A stretch of 64,000 bases of DNA from Octopus sinensis (GCF_006345805.1 NC_043017.1:29760001-29824000), one strand, 5' to 3'; shown: positions 13,521 through 26,677, counted from the first letter of the stretch. Translations and numbers: made by a program. The notes: a model not told the origin generated them from the sequence alone.

Positions 13521-13863
13521 AATCGTTCTAAACAAAGATTTTATACTGATTTCAAATTTTGGTGCGAGGCCAGCAATTTCAGGCGAGGCTGCTAGTCGAT
13601 TACATCGATACCGTGCTAATGTGATACTTATTTTATCAACACCTGGTCTGCACCACTGGAACAATGCAGTCAATTGTATCCACCCTAATGCTCGACCCCG
13701 AAATGATGAAATGCAAAGACCACCTAGGCGGAATCTGATCTCAGAACGTTAAGATAGACGGCGTAGTAACGACTAGCTTAATTTATTTTGAAATTTTTGT
13801 CATCTATTCCAGAAAGTTGAAAAAATAAAATTGACTCCATGGGTTATGAACACGTCTAGGAGT

Positions 13864-14321
<458 letters not shown>

Positions 14322-15718
14322 TAAGAAAAGAAGAAAAGAACGTGAATCAATTATTCAGGAGAAATACAGCCAATATTTTGTACCATATTTTATCGATTCT
14401 GGCAGCCCTTCGCTTTTTCACTGCTAATGTAATCCTTTTTACTATAGATACAAGCAAGAACTAACACTTACGGAGAAGAGGCTTGTGAATTGTATCTACT
14501 CTAGTGGTTGACTAGTACTTAATGTATAGAATTTAAAAGTCGAGAGGCAAAGGATGAAATACGTAAAAAGGATGAAATACCACTAAACATTTTGCACAAC
14601 GCTGTAACGATTCTGTCAGATCACCGCCTTCTAAATTAATAATATAACCCTTTCTCTAATAGGCACACGACCTGTTATTTTGGAATAGGGGGATAGCGGA
14701 TTAGATAGATTCCAGTACTTGACTGATTTCTTATTTTAACGACTGCGGATGTATGAAAGGTAGCGTTTACCTCGGTGGTAAATTTGAAATCCGAACGGAG
14801 AGGCGGTTGAAAAGCTGCTAAATATTTTGCACGGCGCTGTAACGATTCTGCCAGGTCACTGCCTTTTACATTGATAATATAATAAAGCAGAAAGAAGAGT
14901 GGTTTTATTAATCTTCAATGCAAATAACGGAAGTAGATTGGCAGATGAATCTTGCTGAGGTGGAAGTTTTACTTTTCTCACACTGGGATCGCTATAATCA
15001 CAATTCTGTCTGCGACTTAATTTAAAAGCCAAAAATTAGCCGAAAGGCGGGCAGTGGGTGGTAGAATAGTTAGACAATCTTTAAAACATGCTTCATAGTA
15101 TTTAGTTACGGCTCTTTACATTCTGATTACCACAAAGTAATTTCTCAGCCGCTCTGCCGGTTTTTCAACATACACCGCTCTCTCGTTGAGTGTAAGTAAT
15201 TGTAGGAAATACTGTTTCATTCAGACGTGTAATTTTAATGATCTTTGTATTTGTCATACTGAACGAATAAGTTTCTGTCAAGGATATTACATATGGCACA
15301 AAGACACACATTTTGGGGCTGGTGAGAGACAGCTAGAGAACCTCGATCTTGTGCTTCACAGCTAGTCTACGTAGAGAGTATTCGCCATTAAACTGGGAAG
15401 TGAAAAATCGCCCTTGGATGTGTGTATGGGATCAACATATAGCGGAACGTAAACAAACACTGCACGACATTTCCGGGTTGCTCTACCATGTGGAGTTTGC
15501 CTATACACAACACCCTTTCTTTTCTGAACTAGGTAGTCAGAGCCACTGTACAGGGCTGCTAGACCTGGTAGAAATAGCAGTCACACCTTTTTCAAATAAC
15601 GCTATAATTTCAAATGGTTAAAGTATACATGCGAGAATACTGTCCCCTGTTGCATACTTGAAGGTTACGTTTTATCTTTTTTCTTTTGTTTTATTTGGTT
15701 CAGTTACTGAGCTTCAGT

Positions 15719-16096
15719 GGAGGCGCAATGGCCCAGTGGTTAGGGCAGCGGACTCGCGGTCGGAGATCGCGGTTTCGATTCCCAGACCGGGCATTCTGAG
15801 TGTTTATTGAGCGAAAACACCTAAAGCTTCACGAGGCTCCAGCAGGGGGTGGGGGGTGATCCCTGCTGTACTCTTTCACCACAAATTTCTCTCGCTTTTT
15901 CTTCCTGTTTCTGTTGTACCTGTATTTCAAAGAGCCAGCCTTGTCACATTCTGTGTGTCACGCTGAATCTCCTCGAGAACTACGTTAAGGGTACACGTGT
16001 CTGTGGAGTGCTCAGCCACTTGCACGTTAATATCACGAGCAAGCTGTTCCATTGATCGTATCAGCTGGGACCCTCATCGTCGCAACCGACGGAGTG
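15719..16096 (+). mobile_element. tRNA-derived SINE, head A + tail 1 (full length)
   Basis: ggaggcgcaatggcccagtggttagggcagcggactcg (A box), ggtttcgattccc (B box); tail shared with 59701. Confidence 0.9.
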
Positions 16097-16161
16097 ATCC
16101 TATACTGGGCTTCAGCCATGCTGGCCAGTGGGGTTGGTGGTGTCTGTGTTAGGCGACTCTA

Positions 16162-16337
16162 GCTCGATGTTTCAGTGTCCACACTGTGAAAACAGTGATA
16201 AAGAACTCTCGAACACGAATACGTATGATTGTGTGTGTATATGCACATGTCTATATGTATGTGTATGCGCGTGTTTTTCAGAGAGAGAGGGAGGTGGGGA
16301 GAGAGATCTTGATGAGGAAGCAAGGATATGTAAAGAA
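16162..16337 (+). repeat. Left arm of a 176-bp inverted repeat (partner 18112-18289)
   Basis: Manual alignment to the reverse complement of 18112-18289: about 20 mismatches and one small gap. Confidence 0.85.
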
Positions 16338-16344
16338 TATATGT

Positions 16345-17565
16345 ATATATTTGTATGTATGTATGTATGTATGTATGTATGTATGTATGTATGTATGTAT
16401 GTGTGTGTGTTTTGTGTATGTGTGTGTGTTTGTGTGCGTGTGTGTGTGTGTGTGGTGTGTGTGTTTGTGCGTGTGTGTGTGTCTGTCTGTGCGTGTGTGT
16501 GTGTGTGGTGTGTGTGTGTGTGTTGTGCGTGTGTTGTGTGTGTCTGTGCGTGTGTGGTGTGTGTTTGTGGTGTGTGTGTGTGTCTGTGCGTGTGTGTGTG
16601 TGTCTGTGCGTGTGTGTGTGTGTCTGTGCGTGTGTGTGTGTCTGTGCGTGTGTGTGTGTCTGTGCGTGTGTGTGTGTCTGTGCGTGTTGTGTGTTTGTGC
16701 GTGTTTGTGCGTGTGTGCGTGTTTGTGCGCGTGTGTGTGTGTTTGTGCGCGTGTGTGTGTGTTTGTGCGCGTGTGTGTGTGTTTGTGCGCGTGTGTGTAT
16801 GTTTGTGCGCGTGTGTGTATGTTTGTGCGCGTGTGTGTGTATGTTTGTGCGTGTGTGTGTGTATGTTTGTGCGTGTGTGTGTGTATGTTTGTGCGTGTGT
16901 GTGTGTTTGTGCGTGTGTGTGTGTGTGTTTGTGCGTGTGTGTGTTTGTGCGCGTGTGTGTGTGTTTGTGCGCGTGTGTGTGTGTGTTTGTGCGCGTGTGT
17001 GTGTTTGTGCGCGTGTGTGTGTGTTTGTGCGTGTGTGTGTGTGTTTGTGCGTGTGTGTGTGTGTGTTTGTGCGTTGTGTGTGTGTGTGTGTGGTTTGTGC
17101 GTGTGTGTGTGTGTGTGTGTGTGTTGTGTGTGTGTGTGTTTTGTGCGTGTGTGTTGTGTGTGTGTGTGCGCGTGTGTGTGTGTGTTTGTGCGCGTGTGTG
17201 TGTGTGTTTGTGCGCGTGTGTGTGTGTGTTTGTGCGCGTGTGTGTGTTGTGTGTTTGTGCGTGCGTGTGTGTGTGTTTGTGCGTGCGTGTGTGTATGTGC
17301 GTGTGTGTGTTTTTGTGTATGTGTGTGTGTTTTTGTGTATGTGTGTGTGTTTTTGTGTATGTGTGTGTGTTTTTGTGTATGTGTGTGTGTTTTTGTGTAT
17401 GTGTGTGTGTTTTTGTGTATGTGTGTGTGTTTTTGTGTATGTGTGTGTGTTTTTGTGTATGTGTGTGTGTTTTTGTGTATGTGTGTGTGTTTGTGCGTGT
17501 GTGCAGGTGTGTATGTGTGTGTGCATGTGTGCATGTCTGTGTGCATGTGTGCGTGTGCTTGTGTG
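16345..17565. repeat. Complex (TG)n-based satellite with higher-order units, including 9 x 20-bp gtgtgtgtgtttttgtgtat at 17301-17480
   Basis: Direct reading; source of the six 400-500 aa pseudo-ORFs. Confidence 0.95.
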
Positions 17566-18111
17566 TACATCTTATATGCAATTGTGTTAAGGCTGTTAGT
17601 TTATAACCCGAGTGAAACCGGATCCATCTGTTCGTATTTGAAAAAGAAACTAATCGACTATTTGATTAATCGTGCTGTCATCCAATGAGACGGCTTGATT
17701 TGAGAAAGTCATTTCGTCAACATACGCGACCTCATCAACAAACATGCCATCTCTGCTGCAGGTCTGATTCAAGTCTACAAAACAATCAAAACGTGTTCTT
17801 TTTTTCAAATGTATTCACAAAATTCATTAACATATGATTCGAACTCGGATATAGTTCTGTGACGAAACTAAACACTGTAAAGAATGAAACTAAATAATAT
17901 TCCGATGAAATCATGGCTCTGACACTCTGTTTCGGTCTATTGTATTAAATAACATTGACAGGTAAGTTAATAAGACGTAAGGTATTTCCGATAAAAGTGT
18001 GTCAAATATGTCGACAATAGAAACATTATTTGATCATATCAAGGCTTTGTATTCTTCTATTAAGCTAATACGTCTTGAAGTCTGTTCAACGATGACGTTT
18101 CAGAGCAACAT

Positions 18112-18289
18112 TTCTTTACACATCCTTAGTTCTTCATCAAGATCTCTCTTTCCCCACCTCACTCTCTCTCTGAAAAGCACACGCATATACAGACATATAG
18201 ACAGGTGCATATACAGCCACACTCATACGTGTTTGCGTTCGAGTGTTCTTTGTCACTGTTTTCGCAGTGTGGACACTGAAGCATCGAGC
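18112..18289 (-). repeat. Right arm of the inverted repeat (partner 16162-16337)
   Basis: See left arm; continues on the minus strand into a hammerhead-like motif ending at 18091. Confidence 0.85.
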
Positions 18290-18439
18290 ATGTAAAGCTG
18301 TGCCATAAAATCTAATTTCTAATTAAGTGTCAATCATTTTTACTTCATATGTGCGAATGTACAAATACACACACAGATTTACATCTCTCTCTCTCTCTTT
18401 GTACATACACGCACGCACACATTCATAGTACAATAATTA

Positions 18440-18842
18440 TATACACACACACATATATATATATACATATACATATACACATATATATACATATACACAT
18501 ATATATTCATATATATACACACACACATATATTCATATATATACACATACACATATATTCATATATATACACATACACATATATTCATATATATATACAC
18601 ATACACATATATATACACATATACACATATATACACACATACATATATATACACATATATACACACATACACATATATATACACATATACACATATATAC
18701 ACACATATACACGCACATACACATATATACGCACATACACATATATACACACATACACATACATATATATACACACACACATATATATATACACACACAC
18801 ACATATATATATATAATAGAGAGAGAGAGAGAGAGAGAGAGA
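18440..18842. repeat. (TACA/TA)n followed by (GA)n
   Basis: Direct reading. Confidence 0.9.
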
Positions 18843-18992
18843 AATTCGAGAGAGAGCGGCGGGGAGATGAAATTCGTAGCTGAATCAAACACAAATGCGC
18901 GGATGTGTATCTGATTGTGCTGCCAGTTTTATATCTTTCGGTGAACATTAAACATGTAGCATCTAATAATCAGCATCCTTACACACACACAC

Positions 18993-19060
<68 letters not shown>

Positions 19061-20040
19061 CTGCGAACCACTGTTTTCACGCATGATCTTATGTGTAATC
19101 AATCTAATGGAATTTCTGTTGTTGTGGTAAACTTAATCCCGCATTTCATTCAATACGATTACCTGGACGAAGCTTCATTTCGAAAGGGTCCACTCAAGAA
19201 TTTGAACGATTCGGTGTGAAAATAACCCTGAAGGCGTTATCTGGTTTCTCTCTAAGCCACAATAATAAAAACATTCCGTAAAACCTACTCATTGCCAAAC
19301 GTGTTCTCCTCCCACTTAGCTTGTGAATTATATGTGAATCGAAACATAGTCACGTGGATCTGCTGGCTTTAAAGACGAAAAATCATATCAAGGAATCTAT
19401 GATTCCCTTTCTTTGTGTTTCTCACAATATAAAAATATTCAAAAGGATCTATTCAGTTCGTAATAGATCCTTCGAAAATGGTGGATTAGAAGAGAAAATT
19501 TAATATAACCATTGTACGCGGGTTGAACGTTTGTGTAAATTGCTATGCATATCATTATATTGCTGAGCGTAGTTGCAATATTGCTCTCGGAGAAGCCAGC
19601 TTTAGACAAGAGATTTTCTCCAATACATGTAGGAAGTAATCAACTCCCCTATTTAAAGTATTGAAAACGGATGTGAATATCTACCGTAATATCTTCTCGT
19701 ACGTATGATGCATAGGAAAGTATGATTACGGTGTAATCAGGTGAACTATTTCCCTGGAGCAAAAGAGAAAGAATCTACACCAGGCGTGTAGAATATATTT
19801 TTAGGAACAACAGAATTGTAAGAGTTAGAATATTATTAGTACTGAGAAATATTGAGTGCTTTTAATTTCACAAATTGAAAGCATTAAACTTGCATTAAAA
19901 TATAATTCTGGATTAATGATTTAAAGATTTTCTTTTATCATACAGGACTTTAGCAAAACTCAGTGTTTTTTTTTCAAAATTTACTACATTTTGAAGTTTA
20001 ATTTAAAGTATGTGTAATTTTAAACTTAACATTTTGAAGA

Positions 20041-20310
20041 TAGGGGATTCCTCGACTTGCGCGTGTTATTGGGGGACGCGCAATTCGAAATTCGCGCAAG
20101 TCGAGTAACAAATATTGTTATCAATTACTCAAATACAATTATTTTTACTTTACGTATATTTGAAATGATGGATCGATAACAAGATAACAGACAAGGCAAT
20201 TCAACCATGGATAATAAATATTTTTACAACAAGCGCAAGTCAAGGATACAACTCGCGCAACCTGAACCCTCGGTATCAAAAGTTGGCTCGCGCAAGTCGA
20301 GGAATCCCTG
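20041..20310. mobile_element. Tc1/mariner-superfamily (pogo/Tigger-like) MITE
   Basis: TIR gggattcctcgacttgcgcg / cgcgcaagtcgaggaatccctg, right end ccctg|TA; internal copies of gcgcaagtc.ag at about 20095 and 20235. Confidence 0.75.
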
Positions 20311-20386
20311 TATCTATAAAGGCATTCCTCATCTTCTTTCATAAATAATACCCGTGCATGAAATGTTATGATAAATAATAATAAAT

Positions 20387-20631
20387 GCGCCCTTTTAAAG
20401 CCTAGCCAGGCTCATGGGCCCGGTTTCCCGGTTTCTATGGCGTATGTGTTCCCCAGCTGGACGGGGCGACAGTCCATCAAAGCGTTACTCATTTTTGCCA
20501 GCTGAGTCGACTGGAGCAACGTGAAATGACGGGTTTTGCTCAAGAACACAACGCGTCACCCGGTCCAGGAATCGAAACTATAATCTTACGATCATGATGC
20601 TTACACCCTAACCACTAAGCCACGCGCCTCC
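20387..20631 (-). mobile_element. tRNA-derived SINE, head B + tail 2
   Basis: Minus strand ggaggcgcgtggcttagtggttaggg...gtttcgattcctgg...ttgagcaaaac...ctccagtcgactcagctg, then tail gggaaaccgggcccatgagcctggctagg. Confidence 0.88.
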
Positions 20632-22086
20632 AGATAAAATGTTACGAATAACATTTTTAAGACGCCCAGGAATTAATACGTAATATCTAAATCCTTAAAC
20701 AATATTTTCTTTGTATATCTGCGGCAGAACACTTTGCCCATTTATTTGAATCAATACACCTCAGTTCACCTATTGAGAACAACTGGTCAAGTTCCTTGTC
20801 TCTGGCACAGACAGAAGAATACTAATGAATCATTCTTATTTGATGCAAATATGTGCCATGTATTTCACAGTAAATAATTTCGATCGAAAGTCTCATTTAT
20901 CATAATTTATATAGCCTGTGTTCAACTATAAAATCGATGAGATAAAGTATGGTATATGTCACTGCTTCAGTGCAGAATATATTTTTGCTTGTGCTTTTCT
21001 ATTAAAGATGCAATGATAAATTCTTTTCTCGCTTGCTTAAGGCGACACCTTAGATGCAACAGATCAACCAGCTCTAAAATGGAAGCAAAATATCTCTCAG
21101 AACACATTCCTATCTAATCAAAACAAGGAGGCCACACGTTAGATAATGTAATCTACGATAAAAAAGAAGACGCGATGGTCCCATTTGGACTACTTTTGAT
21201 GTAGGTTAAGCAACAGCAATTTCTATTGCTTCTGAACAAATGACAGTACTTCTAGAAGAACGTTCAACTTATTGGGGATTAACAGGGCATCTTTGCTCAA
21301 ATCAAAACCTCAGACACATTTGATATTGAAGTGCCAAATTTGATAACATATTTCAAAATAAGCTATCTTTTAGAAGATTCTGTGAATGCAGCTTGTACGA
21401 ATTTTATCAAACGTTATCTTGCTCAGGAAAGACTTGGGGGCAGCCGACACAGAAAATCGTAAAAGTAGCAACAAAAGCGCTAAAAAGGTAAACATGTTTA
21501 CTGTTATCTCTGCAAATTTCAAGTTTGATATTGTATCCAAGTCACATCGGTCGTCTGATGACGGAATATCTTACTTTTTTATCTTGTATGCTTTAGGGTA
21601 ATTTGAATGTGAAAAATCATCGTCGGAATATTCTGCATGAGAAACCGTATAACATGATATGCTACTATGAGACATCTGTGAAGAAATGTACATGAAGAAA
21701 TGTGCGTCTGTATGTGTGTTTAAAACTGTGTTTAAGTGTGTATGAATGTACATACACACACACACACACACACACATGTATGTAGAGAGACAGAGATAGA
21801 GAGGGTAGATATAAACAATTGTAAACAAAAAGAGACTCGATGAAGAAAATAGAGTTAATTTTAGGGTAGTGAAACTTCAACGTATTTCACGTTGTAGATG
21901 TTTGCGGGATTGTGGAGACTGAAAGATTAAATGCGATATTTATTAAACATGTGAACGCTTGAATATCATTAAGGATATTTGCTTGATAATACGGAATTAG
22001 GAATAAAACTATATGCGTTGATTCAAAAATAGGTGAGACAGAGAGTATATTATATTTATATTTTACGAGAAAATATATTATAGATA

Positions 22087-22269
22087 GGCGTAGGAGTGGC
22101 TGTGCTGTAAGTAGCTTGCTCACGAACCACATGGTTCCGCGTTCAGTACCACTGCGTACCACCTTGGGCAAGTGGCTTCTACTATAGCCTCGGGCCGACC
22201 AAAGCTTTGTGAGTGGATTTGGTAGACAGAAACTGGAAGAAGCCCGTCGTATATATGCATGTGTACTTA

Positions 22270-22313
<44 letters not shown>

Positions 22314-22512
22314 TGTGTGTGTGTGTGTGTGTTCTCCCAACATCGCTTGACAACCAACGCTGGTGTGTTTACGTCTCCGTAACTTAGTGGTTCGGCAAAA
22401 GAGACCGATAGAATAAGTACTAGGCTTACAAAGAATAAGTCCAAGGGTCGATTTGCTCGACTATAGGCGGCACTCCAGCATGGCCACAGTCAAATGACTG
22501 AAACAAGTAAAA
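22087..22512 (+). mobile_element. SINE group E
   Basis: Full head, internal TA/TG tract, tail ...ctccagcatggccacagtcaaatgactgaaacaagtaaa. Confidence 0.9.
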
Positions 22513-23319
22513 TAATAAATATATATCAGTATATGAGAAATGCATGTTTATTCATGCAAAAATGTGAACGTTATATAGTGTTCATGATATTGCTTGCGTA
22601 AAAATAATGTAACACTACAAGAAAAATGGCTAGTTTCGTACAAATTTCTTTAACGACTTCAAAGTATAATTCATTCGTATTATTTTTTAATATTTCAATA
22701 TATAGAATACAAAGTGCTGCTTGAAGCATCACATACAGAATCGTGCAATAGGAAGGCATACCCCATCGTTCAAAAATTACTCGTAGATATCAATAAGTAA
22801 TGTACAACAGTTTGCCACGCTAGCAGAGTTGTCAGCATGTGTTTAAAAGTAAACAGATGTGGGAACACAGTTCCCGTTCATCGGGATAGGAACAGCTGTC
22901 AGATATCTCGCAAATGAAACCCTACAATCATAAAACTTCACAATTTGTAACATAGCCAAAGATACATAATATTAGGATAATAGGTAGAGTGATTATACAA
23001 TAAAATGTTTCTCCGTGAAGGATTATTTGTGGCTCAGCAACGACAACAAGAGAAGTTTCCGATGAAATTATTAGTTCGTACTGATAAATTATAGGTACAT
23101 AGCGATGATTAATTAATTCACTTCTCTGCTAAATACTAACCAAAGTCGATTCTCTGCTGGTTAAGCTTTCCTGTTTCAATAAAAGACGTATCAATAAAGT
23201 GCAGATGTTGATTTAATCGAATGTTTCTTGTCTCGAAATGTCTGACCTGACGTCTACGCAACAACTGATATTTGTAGCAATATTCAGATGTTCTAATTAA
23301 GTCTGGACATATCTGTCTA

Positions 23320-23349
23320 TCTATCTATCGTTATGGCTGTCTATCTATA

Positions 23350-23442
<93 letters not shown>

Positions 23443-23800
23443 ATGTATATTTATGTATGTATATATATATATGTATATATGTATATTTATATGTATGTAT
23501 ATTTGTATATTTATATGTATGTATATATGTATATTTATATGTATGTATATATGTATATTTATATGTATGTATATATGTATATTTGTATGTATATATGTAT
23601 ATTATATGTATGTATGTATATTTATATGTATGTATATATATATATATATATATCATATATATACGTATAGCATGTAAACAAACCGTATATGTGTATATAT
23701 ATATATGTGTGTGTGTGGTATGCATATATATATACGTATAGCATGTAAACAAACCCTATATGTATGTATATATATATGTATATAGGCTTATATATACATG
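23320..23800. repeat. (TA)n/(TATG)n field with a 34-bp direct repeat (tatacgtatagcatgtaaacaaacc)
   Basis: Direct reading; two copies near 23658 and 23729. Confidence 0.85.
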
Positions 23801-24521
23801 CATATATGCGTGTAAGTGCTTGACTCTGTATGTTTTTGTAGCTCATGCTTTCAGAGTGTTACTAATAACACAATCTTTAGAACAGACTCCATCACAATCA
23901 TACGTGGCTGGACCGTCTAAAGTACGAACTATAGCTATATTCTCATATATTTCACTTAAATTTATAATGAACGCAAATAAGCGATAGGATTACTAAAAAC
24001 ACACAAATTTAATCTATCAGTTAATTCCAATAAGACACTTCGATTAAGTGAATACAAACAAAAATATTAAGAGGGATGAAGAAATAAGACAGCGATATTG
24101 GTATAAGTTATTTCTACAAGATACGAATATATTTTAATGAATTCTTATTTTTCTATCAAACTCATTTATTATTCAATCTGGGAAACCAATCTGAGATAGT
24201 TTTCATTAAAATATCATTATGCCTGACACTACCTGAATTCTAATTGGTTTTTATGTTCTCAGAACGAAATATATAAAAAAAGACGGAGAAAAAAATTAAA
24301 TATAGAAAAAAAAAACAGAATGTGAGCATATGTGTGAATGTGTATGAGAGAATATATATAGGCATGTATGGACGAACATAAGAATGTGATTTGCTGTGCA
24401 TACAAGTTTTATATGCGTGTATACAGTTGACTTGAAGGATGAGAGCAATATTTTCATGGAAAGCACTACATTGACATGAGAATGAGTAGTTTCTCTCTCT
24501 CTCTCAATATATATATATATA

Positions 24522-24730
24522 TATATATAGAGGGCATTATACATACATGCCAGACGGCATTATACATACATACCAAACGTTGAGAGGGACAATCAGTCAT
24601 TTCTACCAAAAATATTACTAATCCCACCGATTAGTAATATTTTTGGTAGAAATGACTGATTGTCCCTCTTAGCGTTTGGCATGTATGTATAATGCCGTCT
24701 GGCATGTATGTATAATGCCCTCTATATATA
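24522..24730. mobile_element. Near-perfect 209-bp palindrome (102-bp arms, 5-nt loop ccacc), foldback MITE-like
   Basis: 24522-24623 vs 24629-24730 are complementary with 3 mismatches; ends in TA repeats; internal direct repeat ggcattatacatacat.cca. Confidence 0.9.
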
Positions 24731-24854
24731 AATTAATATGTTCAATAAGAAATAATTATTTTCGAAATTTTTTCTCTTATGAGGTTTTTACGCTATCTAC
24801 CTGACAATTTCTTGTTAAGTTTTCCTTATTAAGTAGTGTCCTTAATTGCTATAT

Positions 24855-24896
<42 letters not shown>

Positions 24897-24998
24897 GGAG
24901 TAAACACATAAATGTGAAACAAGGTGGAAAAAAGAGTACTCAAATACCAGGGGTAGAGTAATATGCTTTATTTAAAAGCAGCAGAAATTCAACAAAAC

Positions 24999-25036
24999 CT
25001 ATTACTCGGAGTTTCACGTTCCCGTTCGTCGGACAG
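24999..25036 (-). ncRNA. Minimal type-I hammerhead ribozyme-like motif (U4C variant)
   Basis: Minus strand: CUGU-CCGACGA-ACG GGAA CGU-GAAACUCCGAGUA-AUAG; stem I, 3-bp stem II with GNRA loop, stem III ACUC/GAGU, GUA triplet. Confidence 0.55.
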
Positions 25037-25058
25037 CTTTTTAACGAGATGGGAAAAA

Positions 25059-25096
25059 CTGTCCGACGAACGGGAACGTGAAACTCCGAGTAACAT
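25059..25096 (+). ncRNA. Minimal type-I hammerhead ribozyme-like motif (U4C variant)
   Basis: CUGU-CCGACGA-ACGGGAACGU-GAAACUCCGAGUA-ACAU; stem I extends as aaaac-ugu/aca(u)guuuu. Confidence 0.55.
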
Positions 25097-25143
25097 GTTT
25101 TGTTGAATTTCTGCTGCTTTTAAATAAAGTATATATATATATA

Positions 25144-25446
25144 TGGCTCAGTAGTTAGAGAGTCGAGCTTACGATCGTGAGGTTGTGAGCTCGAATCCCG
25201 GACCAGGCTGCGTGTTGTGTTCTTGAGCAAGACACTTCATTTCACATTGCTCCAGTTCACACAGCTGTAGAAATGAGTTGCGACGTCACAGGCGCCAAGC
25301 TGTATCGGCCCCTTTGCCTTTCCCTTGGATAACACTGGTGGCGTGGAGAGGGGAGGTCGGTATGCATGGGTGACTGCTGGTCTTCCATAAGCTACCTTGC
25401 TCGGACTTGTGGCTGGGAGGGTAACTTTCTAGGTGCAATCCCATGG
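25144..25446 (+). mobile_element. tRNA-derived SINE, head B + tail 3
   Basis: tggctcagtagttag A box, ctcgaatcc B box, ttgagcaagacacttcatttcacattgctccag core, tail ...ctaggtgcaatcccatgg. Confidence 0.88.
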
Positions 25447-26543
25447 CCTGTGTCTATAATGACGTCACTCAAGATCAGATTCCAAACCCTTCAAGGCTGT
25501 GCCCCAACATGATTGCAGTCAAATGTAAGAACATAAAATGCTAAAAGCGTATTATACTTGAAGTAAACACGTTAGCAAGAAAACCAGTAATCTAGAATTA
25601 ATTCTTTCGTTTCAGGTCTCGAGTATTTGTGACAAACTCCGAGCTCTGCATCCACAGTGGGATTCAGTGAAATTTAAAGTCGTGCGTACATCTAACAGAT
25701 AAACCAGATCCGGTCCCGAAGCAATACGAGGCAAGAAAGCGGGTAGCGAACCTTCACGACTTATGTGGGTCCACAAACAACAAAATACGTCCACACATGC
25801 AACAAATGAATATATTTAAAACTCAGGTACACACACATACAAACGCAAACACAACTACGTACACACATAAATATACTTGTATTACATATATATATATATA
25901 CACACATAGTATATTTTTATATAGTTATATATAACAGCGTGTATAACATATTACACACCTATATATACACATGTGTGAATGCTGTAAATTAAATCTGTAA
26001 GAGTTATCCCCCAACATACACATACATACACACAAACACACACACACTCAGACACACTTAAACACAACACCCCACTACACTTTGCGTAAAATTCAAGAGT
26101 ATGAATGTGAGATGGTAGTAGAAATAGACGCACCATAGATGACACTCATAATAATTCTAGTAGTAGTAGTATTACTGCTACTACTACAATGACTACTACT
26201 ACTACTACTACGGCTGCTGCTACTGATGATTTTAATTTAGATACTAAACACACATAAGTCAACATCTCGTTGCTGTTCTGAAGAGAATGCTATCCGCTTA
26301 GTAATTAATACAGACGAGGTGGATATCAGTTCCATTGATGCTGGTGACAGATGATATTCAAGTGTAGAGCGAGATAAGCACACTTACTAAATTTTCAAAG
26401 TATGTCTGTATTTTGCAAAAGGCTGCAAAGATTTTGAAGTGGTAAGAACCGCACGTGTTTATGGCGCTAAAACTGTGTGCGCGTGGATGTGTCTGTGCGC
26501 GCGTGTCTGAGGTACGTTTCTATGCGTGCAATGTGTGTGGAGG

Positions 26544-26585
<42 letters not shown>

Positions 26586-26638
26586 TTATATTGTTTAAGT
26601 CAATTTTCGCCATATACTATATTGCGTACCTTACACGA

Positions 26639-26677
<39 letters not shown>

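Larger units (their letters stand above)
24895..25134. mobile_element. PLE-like terminal fragment in inverted (palindromic) arrangement between two (TA)n tracts
   Basis: 24961-25042 vs 25054-25134 are complementary; each arm carries a hammerhead-like motif followed by AATAAA. Confidence 0.65.

Noticed and set aside
15719-15790. tRNA-like A/B boxes in SINE heads
   Set aside because: They continue into SINE bodies and give no complete cloverleaf, so they are not tRNA genes.
16128-17688. Six ORFs of 411-500 aa, one starting MFQCPHC (CxxC)
   Set aside because: Read-through of the TG satellite (CV/HT repeats); the CxxC has no paired His and lies in the inverted-repeat arm.
17650-17914. Minus-strand MISSEYYLVSFF... 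frame that would continue as RFDCFVDLNQ... after a shift at an A7 run
   Set aside because: Short, needs a frameshift, no recognisable domain.
21598-21700. GNLNVKNHRRNILHEKPY after an AG, faintly like a C2H2 HTGEKPY linker
   Set aside because: No CxxC, wrong His spacing, no tandem fingers.
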